Positions 1 to 9,000 of a stretch of DNA of 64,000 nt are shown here, one piece after another. The position numbers and the translations under genes were made by a program. Location: IMG/VR virus record IMGVR_UViG_2806310684_000002, positions 3,827 through 67,826 of that record; one strand, 5' to 3'. The DNA is from a virus. Lineage: Duplodnaviria > Caudoviricetes. The notes beneath the pieces are model-generated. The model made no database searches. It saw only the letters and a list, made by a program, of their open reading frames with translations, and was not told the DNA's origin. Numbering within the stretch: the stretch's first letter is position 1; every line of letters starts with the position of its first letter.

Positions 1-2
1 GT

Positions 3-155
3 TTTATCCCAGACTTCGATACATTATCCGATAAGTTTCCTGAAACCGATTGGGATGTGTTGCAGCAAGAGGTCAGAAGTTTTGCCAATATTCATGAAAT
101 GGATGGAATCAATGTTTTATGGAAAGGTGATTTACGCCTACCACAATATAAATAG
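3..155 (+). CDS. 3' end of a phage hypothetical protein (partial)
   Basis: Open frame FIPDFDTL...RLPQYK ending TAG at 153-155. Confidence 0.6.
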   Translation, partial: FIPDFDTLSDKFPETDWDVLQQEVRSFANIHEMDGINVLWKGDLRLPQYK

Positions 156-219
156 GACAGCTCGGGACGGCCATCCCTTACTGCCCTGGTAAAAAACAAT
201 TTGAAATCAGTATACCACA
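145..219 (-). ncRNA. Putative short antisense RNA (promoter plus terminator hairpin)
   Basis: Minus-strand extended -10 TGTGGTATACT at 209-219, then hairpin AGGGCAG..CTGTCCT and a T-rich tail. Confidence 0.45.
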
Positions 220-232
220 AGGAGGAAAACGA

Positions 233-1066
233 ATGAATAGCTTAACTAACCAATTTCAAGGCGGTCAAGACATGAGCCTTAATTCTCAAGCTGCACAAAG
301 TCGTGAAATGGCTGAGGTTCAATCACAAATTTTCTTAGCTAAACAATTCCCGAGAAATGAATATCAAGCGGAAATTAAGATCTTGAATGCTTGTAAACGT
401 AAGTCTTTAGCGGAAACAGCTCTTTACCAGTACCCAAGAGGGAGCATGACAGTTACGGGTCCATCTATCCGATTGGCTGAAACTATCGCTCAATATTGGG
501 GGAATATCAATTTCGGCATAAAAGAGCTCGAACAAAAAAATGGTGAATCCACTGTTGTTGCTTATGCCTGGGATATGGAAACAAATACTCGCCAAGAAAA
601 GGTGTTTCAAGTTAAACATGAGCGTTATGCAAAAGGGAAAATGACTAAACTTACTGATCCTAGAGATATCTATGAACTGGCTGCTAATAACGGGGCCAGG
701 AGGCTGCGCGCTTGTATCCTAGGGGTTATTCCAGGGGACATCATTGATAACGCTGTTGCTCAGTGTAATCAAACCTTACAGAGCAGTTATGAAGAACCAC
801 TAAAAGATCGGGTAGTATCTGTGCTCAGGTACTTCCAAAAGGAATATGGAATCAATCAGGAAATGGTTGAAGCGAAATTGGGGCACAGCATGGAGTCCTT
901 TACAGAACAGGATTATATAACGTTGAAAAGCATTAACCAATCCTTAAAAGACGGAATGGCCAAACGGGAAGATTTCTTTAAAATCATTCAGTCAAAAGAA
1001 GCTCCCAAAACTTCTTTAGAAGCACAATTCAAGGAGGGTGAAAAAGATGTTGCTAACCAAGGATAA
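233..1066 (+). CDS. Phage recombination protein, putative single-strand annealing protein
   Basis: RBS GGAGG; YPRG..GPSIRLAE motif typical of phage early genes; paired with an exonuclease gene. Confidence 0.6.
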   Translation: MNSLTNQFQGGQDMSLNSQAAQSREMAEVQSQIFLAKQFPRNEYQAEIKILNACKRKSLAETALYQYPRGSMTVTGPSIRLAETIAQYWGNINFGIKELEQKNGESTVVAYAWDMETNTRQEKVFQVKHERYAKGKMTKLTDPRDIYELAANNGARRLRACILGVIPGDIIDNAVAQCNQTLQSSYEEPLKDRVVSVLRYFQKEYGINQEMVEAKLGHSMESFTEQDYITLKSINQSLKDGMAKREDFFKIIQSKEAPKTSLEAQFKEGEKDVANQG

Positions 1067-1838
1067 TTACTACTCTGTGGAGGCGGACCGTCACTATATG
1101 TCCGTTTCCCAATACAAAAAATTCATTCAATGTGAAGCTGCAGCAATGGCGAAGCTCACTGAGGAATATACAGAGCCAAAAAGTGAAGCGTTGTTATTCG
1201 GATCTTACGTTCATTCTTGGCTGGATGATTCACTTGAAGAATTCAAAGAGTCGAATCCAGATATTTTCAGTACCCGTGGAGCTTCCAAAGGGCAGTTAAA
1301 AGCCAATTACCAACTGGGTGATGAAATGATTCGGGTCCTAAAATCTGACCCATTCGTGATGATGGCCTTAGAAGGTGAAAAAGAGGTGATCATGACCGGT
1401 GAATTATTTGGGGCACCATGGAAAATCAGGATGGATGTTTATAATCCGCAGTATGGCCGTTTCGCTGATTTAAAGACCGTTAAAGGCATCTATGAGAAGT
1501 ATTGGCACCAAGAGTATGGGTACTGCTCTTTCGTTGAAGCATACGGCTATATAACGCAAATGGCAGTATACACAGAGATTGAAAGCCAAAACCGAGAAGG
1601 TGACTGGTTAGAAAACTTCATTGTAGCTATTTCCAAACAAGATCCACCAGATAAAGCGGTTATCACTGTAGATCATGTCAGTTTGAATCTCGAACTAGAA
1701 GAAATACAAGCGAAAATGGAACGAATCAAGTCCGTTAAATACGACGGAGAACAGCCGGAAAGCTGCGGAAAGTGTGAGTATTGCCGTAAAAAGAAAATGG
1801 TAACCACTGTATTGGATTATAGAGAATTAATCGGATAG
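1047..1838 (+). CDS. PD-(D/E)XK exonuclease (DUF3799/RecE-like)
   Basis: YMSVSQYK, FGSYVH, D..DLKT and QMAVY motifs; C-terminal CGKCEYC. Confidence 0.8.
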   Translation: MLLTKDNYYSVEADRHYMSVSQYKKFIQCEAAAMAKLTEEYTEPKSEALLFGSYVHSWLDDSLEEFKESNPDIFSTRGASKGQLKANYQLGDEMIRVLKSDPFVMMALEGEKEVIMTGELFGAPWKIRMDVYNPQYGRFADLKTVKGIYEKYWHQEYGYCSFVEAYGYITQMAVYTEIESQNREGDWLENFIVAISKQDPPDKAVITVDHVSLNLELEEIQAKMERIKSVKYDGEQPESCGKCEYCRKKKMVTTVLDYRELIG

Positions 1839-1873
1839 GGGGCCTAAGAGCCCTCTGAAAGGGAGGAAAACAC

Positions 1874-1966
1874 ATGCCAATAGTCGAGGCTTTCTTATTA
1901 GGAGCAGTTCTTTTCTTTGGTGGTTTATTTACCAGAACGGTATTGAAAGATAAAAGTGAGGTGTAA
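1874..1966 (+). CDS. Small hydrophobic peptide (30 aa)
   Basis: RBS GGAGG; MPIVEAFLLGAVLFFGGLF... Confidence 0.5.
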   Translation: MPIVEAFLLGAVLFFGGLFTRTVLKDKSEV

Positions 1967-1969
1967 TGA

Positions 1970-2164
1970 ATGTCCAGAACGAATCCCTTGGAGTACGCAG
2001 TGTACAAAGGCGATGAATTCCTTTGCTTAGGGACTGCTAAAGAGTGTGCTACTTACTTAGGTGTAACCGTCCAAACCATTAGATTTATGGTGTCTCCCAC
2101 CTATAGAAAGAGGACACAAAACTCAAAGGATCCATTGATAGCCATTAAAGTGGATGATGAATAG
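1970..2164 (+). CDS. Small phage protein, HTH-like
   Basis: YAVYKGDEF..GTAKECATYLGV motif; RBS GAGGTG. Confidence 0.7.
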   Translation: MSRTNPLEYAVYKGDEFLCLGTAKECATYLGVTVQTIRFMVSPTYRKRTQNSKDPLIAIKVDDE

Positions 2165-2180
2165 TAGACACAAACTGTGA
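2159..2180. repeat. Cassette-boundary inverted-repeat site (GAATAGT-AGACACAA-ACTGTGA)
   Basis: Left arm contains the stop codon of the upstream gene; right arm abuts the next RBS. Confidence 0.75.
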
Positions 2181-2195
2181 AGGAGTGAAAATACG

Positions 2196-2372
2196 GTGAA
2201 TAAGCAAAAATTCATAATAATCGATGTAACGGGTAGAACCCCAAAAGAAATCGAAGAACATATGAATAGACTTAATTCTATTGGATATAAGAGGGTCTTT
2301 CAAAGTGACATTCAATGGTATCAAGGTAAAGGAGATTGCGGTGTTATAACATTTGAATTAAAAGAAGACTAA
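2196..2372 (+). CDS. Small accessory protein (58 aa) between two boundary sites
   Basis: RBS AAGGAG, GTG start, MNKQKFIIIDVTGRTPKE...ELKED. Confidence 0.65.
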   Translation: MNKQKFIIIDVTGRTPKEIEEHMNRLNSIGYKRVFQSDIQWYQGKGDCGVITFELKED

Positions 2373-2373
2373 C

Positions 2374-2395
2374 GCACAGTACGAATAAACTGTCC
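2374..2395. repeat. Cassette-boundary site (GCACAGT-ACGAATAA-ACTGTCC)
   Basis: ACAGT/ACTGT inverted arms with an 8-bp spacer, 1 bp after a stop codon. Confidence 0.8.
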
Positions 2396-2438
2396 GGAAA
2401 CGAATTCTCGCGCGACATATTAGATAAGGGGGATAAAA

Positions 2439-2666
2439 TTGGAAGCTATAAAAGCAATTGAAAAGCTGAATTGGATGAAGCAGGAACAAATAAATTTGGA
2501 TCTTTGGTTAAGTGATTTGGAAATTAACAATAAGCCTGTAAATGGTGTTCATTGGAGAAGATTAAAAAAGACTATTGAGGTTTTTGAAGAAGATCTAATT
2601 GGGGAGATTCGTTCTTTAGAGTATAAGATTCACCAAAAACTTGGTGATATTGAAATAGACGTCTAA
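2439..2666 (+). CDS. Hypothetical phage protein
   Basis: ORF track; RBS AAGGGGG. Confidence 0.6.
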   Translation: MEAIKAIEKLNWMKQEQINLDLWLSDLEINNKPVNGVHWRRLKKTIEVFEEDLIGEIRSLEYKIHQKLGDIEIDV

Positions 2667-2707
2667 TGTTCACCCCAACGTAATACGGCAACAAAAAAAG
2701 AGGATGC

Positions 2708-2908
2708 TCAGCATTCACTAAGCAACCTCTTTGCTTTCTTTTTCTCAAGTAATTCTTTGTACTTTAAACCGAAAAGGATAAGTTCTTCAAACGCTTGGGA
2801 TCGATTATCTTTACGTTCATTAAAACGATAGTCTTCAACTTTTGAAAGAGTACTTTGATGAAGCGAAACAGTAGTGGTTGGTTTAGATGAATCTTTACGG
2901 ATATGCAT
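2708..2908 (-). CDS. Ribbon-helix-helix-like DNA-binding protein
   Basis: TTVSL strand, helix, then NRSQAFEELILFGL; RBS AAGGAG. Confidence 0.6.
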   Translation of the reverse strand: MHIRKDSSKPTTTVSLHQSTLSKVEDYRFNERKDNRSQAFEELILFGLKYKELLEKKKAKRLLSEC

Positions 2909-2964
2909 GTTATTTAGCTCCTTTATTTTTGGATGTACGTAATACGTTATTGCAATGGTTTTGC

Positions 2965-3177
2965 TTAATCGGATTCTTTTTCAAGGGTAAGCAGGTCGTC
3001 CACTTCGCAATTGAAGTAAGTACATAATCGAGCAATTACATCGAACGTGATTTGGATTGAAGTTTCATTATATAGTTTAGAAATTGATTTTCGGCTAAGG
3101 CCAGTGGCATCGGATACGTCTTGAATATTGACTCCTTTTTTCGCCATTAGGACTCTTAGGTTGTTTTTTACTACCAT
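2965..3177 (-). CDS. XRE/Cro-C1 HTH regulator
   Basis: NNLRVLMAKK..VSDATGLSRKSISKL..LCTYFNCEVDDLL. Confidence 0.9.
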   Translation of the reverse strand: MVVKNNLRVLMAKKGVNIQDVSDATGLSRKSISKLYNETSIQITFDVIARLCTYFNCEVDDLLTLEKESD

Positions 3178-3197
3178 TTGGTATCACCTCATGTTTT

Positions 3198-3326
3198 ATT
3201 ATATCCAAAAGGTTTCAAAATACAACCTCTGGGACTCATTTTGTTAAAAATAATTTGAAATACCTAAAGAAAATTCAAAATAATTAATACCCATGGGTTG
3301 TAGTTAACACCCTTGGGTGGTATAAT
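3198..3326. promoter_or_regulatory. Divergent sigma-A promoters with palindromic operators
   Basis: Rightward TTGTAG-17bp-TATAAT (3298-3326); leftward TATAAT at 3198-3203; ACCCATGGGT at 3289-3298 and ACCCTTGGGT at 3309-3318. Confidence 0.7.
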
Positions 3327-3349
3327 AAAAACAGAGAGGGGGGTTGAAT

Positions 3350-3571
3350 ATGTCGCAAGCTCCGTACATCGAGATAGACTTACATCGTGTAATGAGAGAT
3401 CGGGAAATCAAGACGATTGAACAGCTCAAGGATATGACTGGTCTTTCACGTAAGGCGATATCACATGCCTTAAACAAAAAACAACATAGAATGCACACTG
3501 ATACCATAGCTAAGCTTTGTGCAGCATTAGATTGTAGTGTAGGCGATTTATTAATTTTAAGGAAAGGGTGA
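3350..3571 (+). CDS. XRE/Cro-like HTH regulator
   Basis: LKDMTGLSRKAISHAL..IAKLCAALDCSVGDLL. Confidence 0.9.
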   Translation: MSQAPYIEIDLHRVMRDREIKTIEQLKDMTGLSRKAISHALNKKQHRMHTDTIAKLCAALDCSVGDLLILRKG

Positions 3572-3575
3572 TTGA

Positions 3576-4628
3576 ATGAATCAATTAGTTTTCAACGAGA
3601 ATGGACAGGCCGTAACGGATAGCTTAACTATTGCGGAAGTATTTGGGAAAGAACACAAAAACATACTTAGAGATATAAGAGATTTAGAAATGAAGAGTAC
3701 ATCAGATTTTTTCATTAAAAACTTTAGAGAAGATTATTACATTAGTTATAGGAACAAAAAGTATCCAAAATTCGTATTAACTGAAGACGGATTGACATTT
3801 TTGACGCTTGGTTATAACAAAGAAAAATACATTGAAATTAAGGAAAATTATATCAAGACTTTGAAGAGGTCAATCTCGGAAAATGAGATAAGGACTAATA
3901 TTGAAAAAAACGTTGAGCATATTAAAAGTGCTGAGGATATTTCTATAAAAGAGTATAAGAATCAAAGAGTAGTAACTTTCAAGGATGTCGATGAAGTTCA
4001 CAGAAGGCCTTATGGAACAGCTAGTAGAAACTTCAAACAAAATAAAAAACACTTTATTGAAGGAAAGCACTTTTACAAAATAACTCGAGACGAAATTCGT
4101 CCAGAGTTCGGATTTGGAATAAATGCGCCTAATGGGATATTAATCACAGAATTCGGTTATCTCAAATTAGTGAAATCATTTACCGACGACCTGTCTTGGG
4201 AAGTTCAAGAAAAAATAGTTGAAGTCTATTTTAGAGAAAATCAAAAACAATTAGAACAAATAGTTAGTCTACCAACAAATTTCGCTGAAGCCCTACGTTT
4301 AGCGGCGGATCTCGAAGAAGAAAATGAGCGAAATAGACCTAAAGTTGAAGCTCACGACAAGTTCATCAGTGGGGAGAATTATCAGAAGGTTGGACAGGTT
4401 GCGAAGGTTTTGAATATCGGGAGGAACAAACTGTTTGTCTTCCTAAGAGAGAACAAAATATTAATGAGTGACAATACGCCTTACCAGCAATACATTGATC
4501 GTGGATATTTCGTAGTTAAAGAGAAACCTATAGAGATGGGCTCACAGGTAATAAATAAACCACAAACCTATGTAACAGCTAAGGGTGTTGATTATATATC
4601 TAAGCTTTTGGACAAAAAAATAGCCTGA
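3576..4628 (+). CDS. Phage antirepressor (Rha + ORF6N + KilA-C domains)
   Basis: TDSLTIAEVFGKEHKNILRDI (Rha); EYKNQRVVTFKDVDEVH (ORF6N); IGRNKLF..PYQQYIDRGYF..VTAKG (KilA-C). Confidence 0.85.
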   Translation: MNQLVFNENGQAVTDSLTIAEVFGKEHKNILRDIRDLEMKSTSDFFIKNFREDYYISYRNKKYPKFVLTEDGLTFLTLGYNKEKYIEIKENYIKTLKRSISENEIRTNIEKNVEHIKSAEDISIKEYKNQRVVTFKDVDEVHRRPYGTASRNFKQNKKHFIEGKHFYKITRDEIRPEFGFGINAPNGILITEFGYLKLVKSFTDDLSWEVQEKIVEVYFRENQKQLEQIVSLPTNFAEALRLAADLEEENERNRPKVEAHDKFISGENYQKVGQVAKVLNIGRNKLFVFLRENKILMSDNTPYQQYIDRGYFVVKEKPIEMGSQVINKPQTYVTAKGVDYISKLLDKKIA

Positions 4629-4696
4629 TGCGCCAACATCAGACCTGGTTTTAAATGTTTTTATAAGTTTATGCTCTTGTGGTCAATTATATACCA
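4614..4696 (-). ncRNA. Putative OOP-like antisense RNA upstream of the replication initiator
   Basis: Minus-strand TATAAT at 4686-4691; terminator hairpin TCTGATG-TTGGCG-CATCAGG followed by a T run. Confidence 0.5.
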
Positions 4697-4754
4697 TCTT
4701 TCAAAAGTTGGCTACAGGAGCGTACGTTCGAAATACACAGCAAGGAGTGTTTAC

Positions 4755-5570
4755 ATGGATGTTAAATGGATTAGGTTAAGCACTCATATGTTTGAAGATG
4801 AAAAGATAAAATTGATTGAATCGCTGCCAGAAGCAGACACGATCTTAATTATATGGGTGAAGCTCTTATCTCAAGCAGGTAAGACAAATGCGTCAGGATT
4901 TATTTATCTCAATGAGAACATTCCGTTCACAGATGAGATGATTGCGACTATCTTTAATCGTCCACTTGCGACAGTGAGATTAGCGTTAAATACTCTCAAA
5001 CAGTTCGGAATGATTGAGATTTTAGACAATAATTTCATCAGTATTTGCAATTGGGAAAAGCATCAAAACGTTGCTGGGCTTGAGAAAATCAGAGAACAGA
5101 CAAGGCAACGTGTGGCTAAACACCGAGAAGCAAAAAGTATCTCATCTTGTAACGTTACAGTAACAGAAAGTAACGCTCTAGAACTAGAACTAGAATTAGA
5201 TATAGAACTAGATAAAGAAAAAGATAAAAAGAATAACCCTTACTCAAACGAGTTTGAGCAATTCTGGAATATCTATCCGAGGAAAGTGGATAAGAAGAAA
5301 GCCTTGAAATCGTTCAAGACAGCTTCCAAGATCCACTCTCTAGAAACTATATTGTCTGGTACACAAAAATATGCAAAGCAAGTCCAGAAAACGGACAAAC
5401 AATATATCAAGCACCCAACGACTTTCTTAAACAACGATTCATTCATAGATGGATTTGAAGAAAGGAGCGAGCAGTTTGGACAAGATACAAGAAGTTTTAA
5501 GCAAGCTCCAAGAACGAACGGCAGGCAATACGACATCGAACCACCAGAATTCAACTACGAACAAAGATGA
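4755..5570 (+). CDS. Phage replisome organizer / replication initiator
   Basis: MDVKWIRL..MFEDEKIKLIES..NWEKHQN N-terminal domain; FEQFWNIYPRKVDKKKA..IKHPTTFLN C-terminal domain. Confidence 0.9.
   Translation: MDVKWIRLSTHMFEDEKIKLIESLPEADTILIIWVKLLSQAGKTNASGFIYLNENIPFTDEMIATIFNRPLATVRLALNTLKQFGMIEILDNNFISICNWEKHQNVAGLEKIREQTRQRVAKHREAKSISSCNVTVTESNALELELELDIELDKEKDKKNNPYSNEFEQFWNIYPRKVDKKKALKSFKTASKIHSLETILSGTQKYAKQVQKTDKQYIKHPTTFLNNDSFIDGFEERSEQFGQDTRSFKQAPRTNGRQYDIEPPEFNYEQR
5148..5233. repeat. Probable phage origin: GTAAC/GTTAC iterons and (TAGAAC)n AT-rich repeats inside the initiator gene
   Basis: TGTAACGTTACAGTAACAGAAAGTAAC followed by TAGAAC/TAGATA hexamers. Confidence 0.55.
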
Positions 5571-6348
5571 GTGTTCTGAATGTAACGGTATGGGCTTCGT
5601 AATGTACCTTAAAAACGGTTATGAGTTCGCAAGAGAGTGTAAGTGCCAAGAAGCTATTAAAATGCGAATACGGTACCAAAACGCGACAATTCCAGATGAG
5701 TACGAGGAATACACTTTCAAGAACTTTGAGAAGAGGGAAGATGTACACGATCTGATGGTAACTAAGATTGTGGAGTATTTAAAAAACTTCCCTAATCAAC
5801 GACCGGAACCTACATGGAAAGATGGCAAACAAGAAAGATTTAAAGGCCCATCATTTGGATTCATTGCAACCTTTGGAGAACAGCGGATTAAAAATATAGG
5901 TGATCCTAACGCCAGGAACGATTTAAAACGGAAGCACAATAATTACGGGATTGGCAAAAGTCATTTAACGATAAGTGCAGCCAAGTTTTTACTAAAGAGT
6001 GGTTACAGAGTCCAGGTAGTGAGTGACCCGGTATTCATCCAAGATTTAATGACAGCTAAGTTTAACAACGATAAAGGGGAATCGTTCAATAACATCCTAT
6101 CGAGTGTTACAGCTTATGCGGACTTCGTAATCTGGGACGATCTTGGGAAACTGAAATGGACGGAGCCAAGAGAAGATTTATATTATCAGATTTTCAATGA
6201 GTTATATAAACAGGGTAAGCCGGTTATTTTCAGCAGTAACGAAGATATTGAAACGTTATCGGATAAAATCGGACAAGCTGCAGCAAGCAGGCTAAAAGGT
6301 ATGTGCAAAGGATTTCTATATCCGGTCGAAGGTAAGGACCAACGATAA
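5449..6348 (+). CDS. DnaC-like helicase loader ATPase
   Basis: CSECNGMG..CKC zinc motif; GIGKSHL Walker A; IWDDLG Walker B. Confidence 0.85.
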   Translation: MDLKKGASSLDKIQEVLSKLQERTAGNTTSNHQNSTTNKDECSECNGMGFVMYLKNGYEFARECKCQEAIKMRIRYQNATIPDEYEEYTFKNFEKREDVHDLMVTKIVEYLKNFPNQRPEPTWKDGKQERFKGPSFGFIATFGEQRIKNIGDPNARNDLKRKHNNYGIGKSHLTISAAKFLLKSGYRVQVVSDPVFIQDLMTAKFNNDKGESFNNILSSVTAYADFVIWDDLGKLKWTEPREDLYYQIFNELYKQGKPVIFSSNEDIETLSDKIGQAAASRLKGMCKGFLYPVEGKDQR

Positions 6349-6361
6349 GGGGGGAAGTAAT

Positions 6362-6520
6362 ATGCCATATTACAACGGATTCGGATTATATGATGAATCC
6401 CCATTAACCCCACCTAAGACAGACAAAGCAGATATTTTACACATGATTGACATGGCGATGGACACGAAAGATGAACAGTGGTTCGCGGAGCTAACGGAAC
6501 GACTTAAAAATATGGAGTGA
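6362..6520 (+). CDS. IDEAL-domain small protein
   Basis: MIDMAMDTKDEQWFAELTERL. Confidence 0.65.
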   Translation: MPYYNGFGLYDESPLTPPKTDKADILHMIDMAMDTKDEQWFAELTERLKNME

Positions 6521-6528
6521 GGTGCGGT

Positions 6529-6999
6529 ATGAGAGAAGTTAAATATCGGGCGTGGGATAACGTCGAGAACAAAATGTATTATCCAGGGGAAGAGGAAAAC
6601 ATTCACTTTTACTTCGATAGTTCGGGGATTGTAGCGGAAAGGTTTATTGAAGAAGAGGTATGCACGCCTGAAGGGGAACGTGGGATGTATGGGGGAACTG
6701 AAAAGCTTGAGCATCATAAATACATGCAATACACAGGATTAAAGGATAATGCGTCAGAAGAAGAACATCCAATGGAGATTTTCGAAAGTGACATCCTATT
6801 CGATCCTGTAAACGATGAATATTACATTGTTACTTGGGATGAAAGTTATGCAAATTTCTTTTTGAAAAACATTGATGACTCGCTTGGTAAACCAGATTAT
6901 GATTTTGCTGAGTATGACACGGATGTATGCGACGGCTTGTATGTAGTAGGTAACATTCACGAAAATCCGGAATTGTTGTGTGATTCGAATGTGCGCTAA
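6529..6999 (+). CDS. YopX family protein
   Basis: MREVKYRAWD..MQYTGLKD..EIFESDI..VVGNIHENPELL. Confidence 0.9.
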   Translation: MREVKYRAWDNVENKMYYPGEEENIHFYFDSSGIVAERFIEEEVCTPEGERGMYGGTEKLEHHKYMQYTGLKDNASEEEHPMEIFESDILFDPVNDEYYIVTWDESYANFFLKNIDDSLGKPDYDFAEYDTDVCDGLYVVGNIHENPELLCDSNVR

Positions 7000-7204
7000 T
7001 TGTAACGACCTAAAACACACCCATACAGAGGTAATAGCAGGGGTTTGGCAAGTAACCCCTTGCTCCTGCCTCCCTGATTGGGAAACGACGAGAAAACCGC
7101 AGCTGGAAAAAATCTTGAAGGAAGCGAGGGAGCGTTATGAGAGATACACAAAACAGAAGGATCAAGGATACGGAAGAGAAGTACATGTATCACAAGCGAC
7201 ATAA
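6980..7204 (+). CDS. Small Cys-containing phage protein
   Basis: CANC..PCSC; ORF track. Confidence 0.55.
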   Translation: MIRMCANCNDLKHTHTEVIAGVWQVTPCSCLPDWETTRKPQLEKILKEARERYERYTKQKDQGYGREVHVSQAT

Positions 7205-7406
7205 CCTTTACATCATGCTTGAGGATGAAGATGTGGACTGGTATTGGGACGAAACAGAGGTACTTGAATTCGATCGGATGTTCAATGAGGGAGCAACGGT
7301 CCTGGAACTATCTCAGCACTTTTGCCGCCCTACCATTGAAATCGCTTTGATTACCATTGACCGAGATTTAAAAGGGCTGCTGGGAGTTGATCGGTATGCC
7401 AATTGA
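7137..7406 (+). CDS. Hypothetical phage protein, HTH-like
   Basis: WDETEVLEFDRMFNEGATVLELSQHFCRP. Confidence 0.65.
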   Translation: MRDTQNRRIKDTEEKYMYHKRHNLYIMLEDEDVDWYWDETEVLEFDRMFNEGATVLELSQHFCRPTIEIALITIDRDLKGLLGVDRYAN

Positions 7407-7896
7407 ATTCCGTCCCGTGCCGAAGCCAGTTTCTAAGCCAAAGGAAAAGCCGCGGTATAAGGAGCGCAAGCCAAAGAAACGGAAGAAGCTTGAAACATTC
7501 AAAGGTCGAACAATTCCGCCAGCTAAGGTAAGGGGATCAATTAGCAAGAAGGAATATGGAAAAGTCATTGAGATATATGGTCATAATTGCGCTTATTGCT
7601 TTAGTTCTTATATTGAAATGCATCATATTCGGTTCCGATCGCAGCAAGGCAGAGGGACATACAGAAATTTAATTCCATTGTGCAAGGAGCACCACGGACT
7701 AGCACATAGAAATCGAGTATTCGCGGATCAACTTAGGAGAGAGCGGATACAAGCTTACGGAGAATGGTACTGGGCAGATAAATTTGACCTATGGAAACAA
7801 AACTTAATTCCTAACACCACTGATAAGGCATTTGAGGATTTCATGCTGAAAGAAGAGGTGAAGGCCCGTGAAGCGGTATGTACTAATCAAGACTGA
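7396..7896 (+). CDS. HNH endonuclease
   Basis: CAYC..EMHHIRFRSQQG..NLIPLCKEHH. Confidence 0.85.
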   Translation: MPIEFRPVPKPVSKPKEKPRYKERKPKKRKKLETFKGRTIPPAKVRGSISKKEYGKVIEIYGHNCAYCFSSYIEMHHIRFRSQQGRGTYRNLIPLCKEHHGLAHRNRVFADQLRRERIQAYGEWYWADKFDLWKQNLIPNTTDKAFEDFMLKEEVKAREAVCTNQD

Positions 7897-8042
7897 AAAA
7901 GATATAGATGGAGCTCCGTTACAGGTGGTTCAGGTGCTGGATAGTAAACCAAACAGGGTGGACTTTATTATCTTCGATAGAAAATAGCATATAAAATCCC
8001 ATTATCTATATTAGTCAATTCATGAGGGAGTGACAAGAGAAC

Positions 8043-8516
8043 ATGAGTTTCAAAAGGAAATTAATAGAGTTCGAGGTTGATGATAACGGATGTTTTATAT
8101 GCACTTCTCACGCAAGGAGTAAAGGATACCCCTTAAGTTGGGTCGGCGGAAAGAAAGTCAGGTTATTGCGTTTCATATACGAACAAATGCATGGAGAAAT
8201 CCCGGAAGGACATGTAATAAGACATAAATGTGATGTGCGTCCTTGCATAAATCCTGAACATCTTGAGACGGGAACTCCAAAACAAAATATGAACGATGCT
8301 ATTGAAAGAGGTCGTATGAGACCACTTCTAGGAGAAAAAAATCTTAATTCAAAATTAACCACTGATCAAGTCAGAGAAATAAAGTTTTCTATAAAAAATA
8401 AATCCGATTCCAATTATGGATTAGCTAGAAAATATGGAGTAAGCGAAATGGCTATTAGGAAAATAAAAAAAGGCACTATGTGGGCACATGTGAAATTAGA
8501 GGAGGAAATTATATGA
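8043..8516 (+). CDS. HNH homing-type endonuclease with C-terminal HTH
   Basis: [28 protein letters not shown]; [19 protein letters not shown]. Confidence 0.85.
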   Translation: MSFKRKLIEFEVDDNGCFICTSHARSKGYPLSWVGGKKVRLLRFIYEQMHGEIPEGHVIRHKCDVRPCINPEHLETGTPKQNMNDAIERGRMRPLLGEKNLNSKLTTDQVREIKFSIKNKSDSNYGLARKYGVSEMAIRKIKKGTMWAHVKLEEEII

Positions 8517-8998
8517 TGAATCGCACAGTTTTAGTCGGAAGACTTACAAAAGATCCGGAATTACGCTATACACCAAATGGAGTACCAGTGGCTACTTTTA
8601 CATTAGCTGTTAATCGTCCATTCAAAAATGCAGCCGGGGAACAAGAAGCTGATTTCATAAACGTGGTTGTGTGGAGAAAGCCGGCAGAGAACGCAGCCAA
8701 CTATCTAAAGAAGGGCTCACTTGCTGGAGTAGATGGACGAGTTCAAACACGTAATTATGAGGGGCAAGACGGGAAAAGAATTTACGTGACGGAAGTTCTA
8801 GCTGAATCAGTACAGTTTTTAGAGCCTAGGAGCCAGAATACAGGCGGTAACAGCCAAGGTAATACAAATACATCCAGTAGTAACCAAAACCGCACACAGA
8901 GCAATTACACAAGGGTTGATGATGATCCATTTTCAGGTAGTGGCTCGATATCAATTAACGACGATGATCTTCCCTTCGCACCATGGACGGAGGCGTAA
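8513..8998 (+). CDS. ssb: Single-stranded DNA-binding protein
   Basis: [24 protein letters not shown]. Confidence 0.97.
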   Translation: MMNRTVLVGRLTKDPELRYTPNGVPVATFTLAVNRPFKNAAGEQEADFINVVVWRKPAENAANYLKKGSLAGVDGRVQTRNYEGQDGKRIYVTEVLAESVQFLEPRSQNTGGNSQGNTNTSSSNQNRTQSNYTRVDDDPFSGSGSISINDDDLPFAPWTEA

Positions 8999-9000
8999 AT

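Noticed and set aside
4415-4436. AGGAACAA-ACTGT match to the cassette-site family
   Set aside because: No left arm, and it is explained by the conserved GRNKLF codons of the KilA-C domain.
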